From the NCBI GenBank assembly GCA_024626585.2, contig JANKJI020000002.1, forward strand, positions 247,474,134 to 247,495,034: a stretch of DNA of 20,901 nucleotides. Direction: 5' to 3'. Below are positions 11,021 through 20,901 of this stretch, in pieces. The stretch comes from Ginkgo biloba (Eukaryota; Plantae; Ginkgophyta). Under the pieces are notes generated by a model. That model searched no databases, was not told the DNA's origin, and was given only the letters and a program-made list of their open reading frames with translations. How positions within the stretch are numbered: the stretch's first letter is position 1; every line of letters starts with the position of its first letter. The translations under genes were made by a program, and so were the position numbers.

Positions 11021-11628
11021 AAGAGGAAGGGGACTTAGTGAGTTTAATTTATATCATTGACCTGGTACATGAGGGTATAATAGTCGGGATTCTAATACAA
11101 ACGTGACTAAGTTATACATTCTCCTAGATCAACAAGAGGATTTTGAAGATGTTTCACTAGTTAGTGGTGAGGTAACAAGAAAAGAGGCTAAGGGATAGGG
11201 GATTCTTACCCGATTGGAAATAATCCTCGAGGGAGAGATAGGTAGCATCTTTGTTGGAGGAGATGATTATTATATGGCCCCAAGTATGAGAGGTGGTTCC
11301 CTTATATGTTCTCCTTTATTTATCTTTATTATATTATTTNNNNNNNNNNNNNNNNNNNNNNNNNNNNNNNNNNNNNNNNNNNNNNNNNNNNNNNNNNNNN
11401 NNNNNNNNNNNNNNNNNNNNNNNNNNNNNNNNNNNNNNNATCTTTGGAATGGCTTCGAGGGTTGTCCTACTGTAGCCCTAACATTTTTGAAGGCCTTATA
11501 GGGAGTTTTAAAGGGTATAGCAGGTTGGACAACCTAAAATGAAGGCATCTTTGTAAAGGAATGATGACTCTACCCTGGAAGAATGAGGTTAAAACAAACC
11601 CAAATGGATTGGTGACTTATTAGTGGTA

Positions 11629-11902
11629 CTCAAAGACTCCATTTGGTATTGCAAGTATGAAGAATCCTTCAATGNNNNNNNNNNCTCCAAGTGATGGTTG
11701 CCAACTCTCCAACTTGCCATTCAAGCCAACTTTTTCAAGTGTAAAATTTTTACAAGAGACATAAATTGGCTCTAAAAATTATCCCAATGAATTACTATGT
11801 GATAAAAACCCTCTTAAAAGAATGAATATCCACCATACATCAAAACTCTTCACATAAATGAATATCTGCCATCCTAAATGAAGAAACTTTCACCAAGAAT
11901 CT
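11629..11902 (+). repeat. Dispersed repeat block (internal region of the short-LTR family), copy 2
   Basis: Direct-orientation homologue of 651-914, lying ~480 bp upstream of the PPT/LTR. Confidence 0.9.
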
Positions 11903-12147
11903 CTTCTATGCTATTCATTTCTTCACACATGAAAATCTCTCATTCTTACAAAATTTTCATATAAATGAAAAAATCATTTTCTTCTCATAAATAAATGCTC
12001 ACACTTTCGTAGAAAAATTCTCACATCTCTCTTGCTCTCATGCAAGCCTTCTCATAATATTTAAAAAAAAAAATCATAATGACCCAAAAAACTCTCTATA
12101 ATCTAAAAACTCTCTTCATTATTTTTCCACATCTACCCACTAGAGGC

Positions 12148-12154
12148 CTCTCTT

Positions 12155-12187
<33 letters not shown>
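12148..12187. repeat. Compound (CT)n(CA)n microsatellite
   Basis: CTCTCTTTCTCTCTCTCTCTCTCTCACACACACACACACA seen directly. Confidence 0.95.
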
Positions 12188-12381
12188 TAAAAAAAATAAA
12201 AAAAAATGCTCCATATATAAATCTCCTCTCCCCCTAAAATTGAGCACNNNNNNNNNNNNNNNNNNNNNNNNNNNNNNNNNNNNNNNNNNNNNNNNNNNNN
12301 NNNNNNNNNNNNNNNNNNNNNNNNNNNNNNNNNNNNNNNNNNNNNNGCCCTCTTTATTTTATATAAAAATAAATGGGGGGA

Positions 12382-12564
12382 GGCTACAAGAGGCCTCCTT
12401 ACTCTATCACACAACATGAAAAGTATCCATAAAAAATTAAGAAGTGCATTTTGTAAGAAATTTGAAGTCATGCATCCAAGAATAAGATGAAAGTACCACC
12501 TCCATGTGGATGCTAAGTCACCTGCCACTCATGAGGCCCAATCAGGGGTTGACCCCTTGCAACA
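12382..12564 (+). repeat. Putative short 3' LTR (~183 bp), copy 2, preceded by PPT-like AAATGGGGGGA
   Basis: Homologous to 2927-3112. Ends in ...GCAACA, with degenerate terminal inverted repeats (GGCTACAAGAGG / CCCCTTGCAACA). Confidence 0.65.
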
Positions 12565-12578
12565 TTTGGTGATGGACG

Positions 12579-12720
12579 TGTAAGAAATCTTATTGTTGGA
12601 TGTATGACTTAGAGTTTCTTAGAGCATGCACTTATTGATTTTTGATGGATACTTTCCACGTTATGTGATAGAGTAGGGATATTTAATAATTGGAATCCCC
12701 CCAACACCCCTTCCCCCCCT
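12579..12720 (-). repeat. Related LTR in the opposite orientation, with a PPT at 12707-12720
   Basis: Minus strand reads AGGGGGGGAAGGGG then TGTTGG..., followed by 93 bp (12587-12679) matching 12396-12488 without gaps (about 15 mismatches by hand count). Confidence 0.6.
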
Positions 12721-15700
12721 AGTTTGAACACTCAGTCATATGGTTACCATATGTTCTAAGGATAAATCACCACTTTTAATATTTCAAGTTATATAGTTTA
12801 AGAACTTATTTTTAGTGTTTGTGTTGATACTAGGTTTTCATTTTATAAAAAGCATGAGTTTCATGCTTATGGTATTAAATCACAATCTGAAAAGTGTGCA
12901 TAATTANNNNNNNNNNNNNNNNNNNNNNNNNNNNNNNNNNNNNNNNNNNNNNNNNNNNNNNNNNNNNNNNNNNNNNNNNNNNNNNNNNNNNNNNNNNNNN
13001 NNNNNNTTAAACTTCAAATATTTTACAATATGGGCCAGACCTTTATTTATACTTGTAGAGGCCATCTATCATAAAAATCTCTAGTCAACTTTAGTTAACA
13101 TGATCACTACTAACATTAATATACTAATAGTACCCCTTGATTAAAGGAGTTAGAAACATGTGAATACTATTTGAGGTTCAAATTTTGGGTAACTAATGAA
13201 GTGGAAACTTGTATAGGATTTATTTACTCCTAGGTGTGCAAGGTTGAATCAATGTAGACCAATGGGATTTATTGAGTGAAGTTATAAAATATAGAATAAT
13301 AATACCCATAAGGACCCCTAATTGAGGGATGATAATAAAATGTGTGGAAAATGCATGAACTTAACTAAAAAATATAGTATTTTGGTATCCAAAAGGTAAA
13401 TGTGTAGGAATTTCTACTAACTAGGGGATGTTGTTCCTAGATATATGTGAAGGATTCAAATAATTATATAAAGGGACATGACCTTCCCTATATAAATGAA
13501 TGTATCCTATAATAATTTATATGGTTTGGCTAGACAANNNNNNNNNNNNNNNNNNNNNAAAATATTGTGATGATTCCTTAAGTTCAATCTTCTTGAACTA
13601 TTAATATTAGATAAGTGGGAAGGATCTAGATTTGAAGATAAAAAAAGATTGGTAGTTTGGTTTTGGAATCTAGTCAATCCTTGGATATTACCAAAATACC
13701 CTTGTATAGGAATCAAGGGTAGTGTGATAGGATGAATAATAATCAAAGGCATCCTTGTTTTTTTGAGTCCCTAGAGTATGGAACTAGTCTAAATCTAGGT
13801 TATTCTAATTGGATAAGGAATAGATTTTAAGTTATAAGGAAATCGATCCCATTATACTTAATTATAAAGGATTGTGGGTTTGAATGATATATGAGCATAT
13901 GGATATAGTATCCTTCTATATTTGAATGATTAGTAACCATATTTGTATAAGGGAGGAGAATAACATAGGGGGGGCTACTCCTACCTAATCCACCATAATT
14001 AGGATGAAGATATTGCTTCCTTTAAGATTCATGCCCTCATGAAGGGAATATAATTAGGGATGAGGTTCCATAATAGAATAAATATCCAGAAAATAAAAAT
14101 AAAATATAAAAGAAGGAACTCATAAATTATTTCACCCTCGNNNNNNNNNNNNNNNNNNNNNNNNNNNNNNNNNNNNNNNNNNNNNNNNNNNNNNNNNNNN
14201 NNNNNNNNNNNNNNNNNNNNNNNNNNNNNNNNNNNNNNNNNNNNNNNNNNNNNNNNNNNNNNNNNNNNNNNNNNNNNNNNNNNNNNNNNNNNNNNNNNNN
14301 NNNNNNNNNNNNNNNNNNNNNNNNNNNNNNNNNNNNNNNNNNNNNNNNNNNNNNNNNNNNNNNNNNNNNNNNNNNNNNNNNNNNNNNNNNNNNNNNNNNN
14401 NNNNNNNNNNNNNNNNNNNNNNNNNNNNNNNNNNNNNNNNNNNNNNNNNNNNNNNNNNNNNNNNNNNNNNNNNNNNNNNNNNNNNNNNNNNNNNNNNNNN
14501 NNNNNNNNNNNNNNNNNNNNNNNNNNNNNNNNNNNNNNNNNNNNNNNNNNNNNNNNNNNNNNNNNNNNNNNNNNNNNNNNNNNNNNNNNNNNNNNNNNNN
14601 NNNNNNNNNNNNNNNNNNNNNNNNNNNNNNNNNNNNNNNNNNNNNNNNNNNNNNNNNNNNNNNNNNNNNNNNNNNNNNNNNNNNNNNNNNNNNNNNNNNN
14701 NNNNNNNNNNNNNNNNNNNNNNNNNNNNNNNNNNNNNNNNNNNNNNNNNNNNNNNNNNNNNNNNNNNNNNNNNNNNNNNNNNNNNNNNNNNNNNNNNNNN
14801 NNNNNNNNNNNNNNNNNNNNNNNNNNNNNNTGGGGACCCTTTTTTTTATTAACTTGATAGGAATTTAATCACATGTAGAGAGACAATGGTATAAGTCTTG
14901 TGTGAATACGGGGTATCAACCCCTTCCTAATACTATGACTTGACTAAATATACCAACCTTTAGGAGGCATAAGAATACACCCTAGACACACCTCAAATAC
15001 ATATAGGTGTGTGTGTAAAGTGGAAAGTATATTCTAATCTACTATAGCCTAAATTATAATGTAAATAGTAAAGGATCCATTCACTTTCCTTTTCCTAACC
15101 CATATATGCATCCAAAAAAATTTAAATTATGTATAAATATTTAAGGTATTATGGGTGAAATTCCCACAAGGATAGGTAACAAGTAAGAAGTCCCTATTTA
15201 AGGTCTAAGGATAATTAAAGATCCTAAACCTAATAAATATTCCTTGAAAGAGGACCTAGAAAGGATATAGGTTAATACCCTAATGTGTTATTACTTGATT
15301 ATCATATCGAGTTTGAGAAGTTCGTTTACTTATCAATACATATGTATGTATGTGGAAAAGTAAAGACACCCTCTTATAACCTTCCTTTATATGCTATTTA
15401 TTTTCAAAAAATAATAAGGGAGGAAAGTAAGGGAAATTAGAGAATAATGATTTCTTTCTTATCTGACTTGAAACTATTTATGTTTACTTCCCCTTATCGC
15501 TAGATGAATGTTAAATGGATTACATAGTCCACACTCATTATTTTCCCTTAACATAAGAAAGAGGGTCATGAAATTTTATTTAGATATGATCTATAATCAT
15601 GGTTAAATAAAAATAAATGCAAGATACATCAAGTGGTTAGTCCCACCCTTATTCCCTTATTTTAATGCAAATGAAAGTAAAAGAGGAAAGGGACTAGTTT

Positions 15701-17547
15701 CATGAACTTGATTTTTTCCTCATTATAGATGATAAATACCCATTTCCAAATATGATATAAATTATATAAATTATATAATCTATAAATAACATAATTAACC
15801 TTGGACTTGACTTCTATAAAAAAAAGGATGGCCATATCCAAGACCCATAAGGGATTACTAGGTTTTAAGACTAACAATCTAAGAATTAATACCTTTGGTT
15901 AATACCTCCTCCAATATTTTTTGGAGGGATGATATAGAATCAATATCTCTAAATTATATTGAAATTAAATAATTTATATTATAAACATAAGGAAAACTCA
16001 ATACACATGAGAGAGGAGGTAAAAGGTGCCCAAATTCTAAATAGGTTTAGGGACTAGTCAGTTTAGGACCACCTATATCTTAAAAGGGAGGGAATTAATT
16101 TGATCAAGTTTATGTTATACTTTGTGTAAATATAAAATCTAAATTATATGGATCATATTTCAAGAAAGGAAATCCCATGGATTACAAAAAAAGAAGGGAC
16201 AAAGCATGACCACCCAAAGACTTAGTAAAGAATAGAAACTTTAAAAAATTAGAATTTTAGTGCAAGCAAGATGAAATATTGAGCCAATTAATTTTTAATT
16301 GATTAATTGTTTAATGAAAATTAATGGAATTAGCTTACATAATATTCACTCCATATACAAAATGATTTACTTTTATTGGTGAAAGGCGGGGTCANNNNNN
16401 NNNNNNNNNNNNNNNNNNNNNNNNNNNNNNNNNNNNNNNNNNNNNNNNNNNNNNNNNNNNNNNNNNNNNNNNNNNNNNNNNNNNNNNNNNNNNNNNNNNN
16501 NNNNNNNNNNNNNNNNNNNNNNNNNNNNNNNNNNNNNNNNNNNNNNNNNNNNNNNNNNNNNACATAACTAATGATGGAAATGGTAAAATGATAAGAGGTA
16601 TGATCAATGACTTGAGATGCTAAGTGGATACACTAAGATTTAAAATGAATATTTCTAGATGAATAAATAAATCATGAGCCTAAATTACACAATATAATGA
16701 ACAAGCATATCAATAAAAAATTACACATCCTATTAGTATTCTAAAAATTCTCCCCCCTTGTTTAGCTCTAAAACCCCTAAATTTATAGATTTCCTAGGAA
16801 ATTAGGGACAAAAGGCTAACCAATTGGATTATTATTACTTAAAGGAATGTATCAAATCTATGATATTTAGTTTAGGAAGTTGAGTTTACCTTGTGGTATT
16901 TATGGATAATCAAGGAAGTTATTTTTTATTATTTTTATTTTTTATTTTTTTAGTTTAGCCTATATTATATTTTTTACCAATAATGGGTGTGCACTTATAG
17001 AGTTTGAGAGTGTGTTTTTAATAAATGTTATTAGTTTTTGATGAAATTAATTATTAATAGAGGGTNNNNNNNNNNNNNNNNNNNNNNNNNNNNNNNNNNN
17101 NNNNNNNNNNNNNNNNNNCTTTTTAGTCAAAGAGGGTATTTTAAGGATTAAATTTACTAAGATAGGAGTAGAAATTAATGTTGAGGAGTTATGAGGAGTG
17201 TTTTAATTGATGAAAAGATACAAATAACATGGTTATGTGGACCCATTTTATTAATTTTTGGTAAAAGAAATATATGATTAGTACATTGAGGCACATTTTT
17301 AAGAAATTGGCCTAGTCTAAATCCTCACAGTCTTAATCAAGAGATACAAGTAATCCCTTGGTATAATAAAATAAAAATAATTCCNNNNNNNNNNNNNNNN
17401 NNNNNNNNNNNNNNNNNNNNNNNNNNNNNNNNNNNNNNNNNNNNNNNNNNNNNNNNNNNNATTGTAGTAAACATATTCAAAGAATAGAATGATATATTTG
17501 CATAAACTTATCATGATCAAAAGGGGGTGTCTCATAAAATGTGTTAA

Positions 17548-18790
17548 CATAAGAATACAATTTTATCTAATGCTAATAAATTTGAGTAATGTAATATCAA
17601 ATGAATCCTAAGTATGCATTTTAGACAAAATAGGAGATCATGAAAATGTTATATATGAAAATCATTTTTTAGATGAGTATTAGTGATTGGGTTTCTTCTA
17701 TTATGATTTCATCTAAAGAATAAAAAAATATAGATTTGTGTGGATTTAAATAAATTTAATTATAGTGAAAAAGAAGAATCCATTTCTAATTCCATTCATG
17801 GGTAATATCTTGGAAGTGGTATGTGAGTATGAAATTTATTCCTTTTGAGATGGATTTTTTGGATAGAACTAGATCAACATTACTAAAAAGGATAAGTCAA
17901 ATACCACATTTATATTTTAACATGATATCTATGCCTATAGTAAAATTCCTTTTGGGTTATATACCATTTCAAAAATTAATTCTATAATCATTTAAGAAAT
18001 ATAAAAGTAAAAGTCTTCTTGGATGATTAGTTAGTATATGGTATGATTCCCCTACATTTAAAATTAGTTTAGGAATGTAAAGAGATTTTTCATTAATCAT
18101 AACAAGATTTAAATACTAATAAATTGTGGATATCACTTCCAAATGATAGGTTTCTTAGATAAATTGTCTGTGTATAGGAATTAAATACATATCCTAATAT
18201 GATCAAGTGATTGTATTTGCATGTAATATTTTTATAATCTAGATTGAATATGAAATTTCCTTAGTATTGTAGGATACTACTAGTAATTCATTAAAATAAT
18301 TACTAAAATTTCCTACTCTCTATATGAACCATTACATATAGATGCTACTTTCATTTAAAGACCACAAAAATAATAAGTCTTTAAGGATTTGAAGATCAAA
18401 TTTACAAGATTAAGGATTGTGGTTTCTAAGGATTGGATAAGAACTTATATTTTCATGTTGGTATCTTAATGAGATCTTTAGTGTACACTATTATAATATA
18501 GAGTGAATAATTTTGATTATTAAATTTAGTTTATCCCTATTAGGGGGTTGAGTAGTATTGATCAAAATTATAGTACTATAAAGTGAGAGGATCTCTACAT
18601 GAAATTGATAGCATACTAATTAATGTTCTTTACTAAATATAATTTATCATTTATTATTCATATTTTATCTCCTAAATTAATCTAACATGGGTTTTTATTG
18701 ACCTATAAACCTCATAGTAAGAATGTTTAAAATGTTTATTATTTTTTCCATAATGTGATTATAATATGTTATTAATTCTAGGAAGTATCT
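17548..18790 (+). mobile_element. Highly degenerate Ty3/Gypsy RT-RNase H (non-chromovirus type)
   Basis: YQMNPKYA...EIMKML...SDWVSSIMI...CVDLNKFN...NPFLIPFMGNILEVVCEYEIYSF*DGFFG*N*I...DKSNTTF...YAYSKIPFGL...VFLDD*LVYG (18013-18027), then FLSIVGYY**FIK, FHVG and LSSIDQNYSTIK*E. Confidence 0.9.
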
Positions 18791-19139
18791 ATCTTTAATT
18801 TATAATTCTAATAATTACTATAGCTATGAAACTATTTANNNNNNNNNNNNNNNNNNNNNNNNNNNNNNNNNNNNNNNNNNNNNNNNNNNNNNNNNNNNNN
18901 NNNNNNNNNNNNNNNNNNNNNNNNNNNNNNNNNNNNNNCTTGTAATTTTTCTCATGTCTATGTGCCTCTCATATCCTTCTTACATTAGCAATATTTTCTA
19001 GATCCTATCTAATTTGCATGTATAAACCATTGAGAAAATTCATATCTTATATCAATCTTATTACTCTCCACTACAATGTGATTAAGTCTAGTTGGAAAAG
19101 AAAATAATTATGCAAATACATTCAAAAGACGGTGTTGAG

Positions 19140-19500
19140 AAAATAAACACTTATTAAATAATAAGTGGAGGACATCCTTATACCAATGACCTCCTATTTC
19201 AATCTAATCCTATCAAGGGAAGAGAAAGAACTAGTTTGTACCATCTACAAGATTATAAATCACATCATAAGTATCAATCTTCAATAGAAAGGGAATCTAA
19301 ATACCAATATTTTATATATCCACCAATTTCATGACTACATATAATAGTTTAGAGAATGAACATGATTGCATAGAGTTATATTTTATTAAATCTATCCTTG
19401 TAATGTGCTTAATATTCCATTTATTTAATGACTTAAGAGGTTACTAGGAAATTATATCAACATAACTATCAACTAATTCCTTTAATTGTGTGGAATCCAA
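19140..19500 (-). pseudogene. Weak RT N-terminal remnant, possibly chromovirus/CRM-like
   Basis: QLKELVDSYVDII...PLKSL...IKHITRIDLI (cf. IxxLLxEYxDVFxxxLPxxLPPxRxIxHxIDL) and RIRLK*E (cf. QIRIxEGDxWK). Very eroded. Confidence 0.45.
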
Positions 19501-19536
19501 TGTCATGTTGTTAGGTGATGTACACTCAATATTAAA

Positions 19537-20640
19537 TATATGTAATATTTTCATACAAATCCTTTAAGGGCTTATTTAGGTTTTACTAAGATTTTACACA
19601 AAATATGTAACTATTTTTTGCCTCTAAACTATCTCATGATTTTTATTTTTTCACTAGTGTCTTACCTTCTAGTCATTCAAATGACCTATGTTACACCCTA
19701 TAGACCATCTTAAGCCCCTATCTATATTTTCACCTTTTAAACTTTTTTCATGTGACATTTAGGCCCTTTCCTACCTTCACTATCAGAAACCTTTATATTA
19801 TTGTTCTTATTGAATATCTCACTTGATGGTCTAAAGTTAAAGTTATTCCTTCCTTGGAAGCAAATGAAGTTGATAATTTATTACTTGAATTCATTTGTCA
19901 TCATTCATGTCCCTTGCGATTATTTTCTAACCATGGGATACATTTCACCTCATAGGTTATGGCCCTTATTACATCTACTTTATGTGTCTACCAATCTTTC
20001 ACAAGTCCCTTCCACCCTACTACAGAGAGTCTCACAAAGAAAATAAATTCTACTATTAAGGATATTATTTTAATATTATGCCCTTCTCACTAATTATATG
20101 TAATATTTTCATACACATCCTTTAAGGGTCATCTAGGTTTTACTAATATTTTACCCAAAATATGTAACCCTTTTTTATGGCCTAAACTAGATCATGATAT
20201 TTATAACTTTCTTCTCTAGTGTCCTACTTGCTAATAATTCAAATTCCCTAAGTTAGAACTTATAGGACAGACTGAACCCATTTTTATTTTTGTATCTATT
20301 GAAATTATTGCATACGATATTGTTGTCCCTTTCTCTACCTCCATTATAAAAAACTGCTACATTACTATTCTTACCAAATATCTTACTTGTTGGTCTAAAG
20401 CTAAATCTATTCCTTCCTTGGAATCAAATTAAGTTAAAAATTTCTTACTTTAAGTCATGTTTCATCACTTCTATCCCTTATAATTTCTTTCTAATCCATG
20501 GAACAAATTTCACCTCATAATTTATCACTATTATTACCTCTACTTTAGATATCCACTAATATTTATCAAGTCCCTTTCAGCTTCCTATAAATGGTAAGAG
20601 TGACTCAATGGTACTATTAAGTATATTCTTGTAATGTATG
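19537..20640. repeat. Tandem duplication, two diverged ~545-bp copies (19537-20080 and 20095-20640)
   Basis: Shared collinear anchors TATATGTAATATTTTCATACA, TAGGTTTTACTAA, TGGTCTAAAG, TATTCCTTCCTTGGAA, ATTTCACCTCATA and TACTATTAAG at an offset of ~558-561 bp. Confidence 0.92.
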
Positions 20641-20901
20641 TTAACACCTAAAATTCTAATGAGGGAATTATACTACCATATATTCTCTTTTCTTATAATA
20701 CATTTATTCAAGCATCCACTTACATTGCACCTTTTCATGAATTATATGGTTCTGATCTAGTGTTTCCTCCATATATTGGCCCTCCTTCTTTGAACTTCCC
20801 TCTTAGGTAATCCACTCAATATTGGCATGATTATTTTACCACTTTACTGTTATGAACCCCAAATAAATATAATGTTCTAATTGTAATACAATATAACGTA
20901 A

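Noticed and set aside
12565-12580. PBS after the LTR (TTTGGTGATGG)
   Set aside because: I cannot match it to a tRNA 3' end, and it runs straight into the opposing LTR.
12382-12720. DIRS-type element with internal complementary region
   Set aside because: No tyrosine recombinase or DIRS RT is seen; PPT plus TG start fits ordinary LTRs.
14831-14840. TGGGGAC as the tail of a tRNA-Arg-type PBS
   Set aside because: Only 7 nt are visible; the rest would lie in the gap.

Overview
AT-rich, strongly CpG-depleted eukaryotic intergenic DNA from a gapped draft assembly (many N runs, up to about 690 bp). It is probably from a large land-plant genome with a gymnosperm-like character (inference only). I found no intact host gene, RNA gene or CRISPR array, and none of the listed ORFs is a credible functional CDS. 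The window is a nest of decayed Ty3/Gypsy LTR retrotransposons. It holds a minus-strand Athila-like pol (RT-RNaseH-integrase, ~4478-6988), a second integrase core (3113-3505) cut exactly by a short LTR, a plus-strand RT-RNaseH (~17548-18790) and a weaker minus-strand RT remnant (~19140-19500). The most notable non-obvious items are a degenerate Plant Mobile Domain (~10415-11020), a family with short (~185 bp) PPT-preceded LTRs present three times (two copies convergent, forming a 93-bp inverted repeat), two islands that escaped CG/CHG decay, a 51-bp tandem repeat and a ~558-bp tandem duplication. All protein calls come from manual translation and motif recognition, not database searches.
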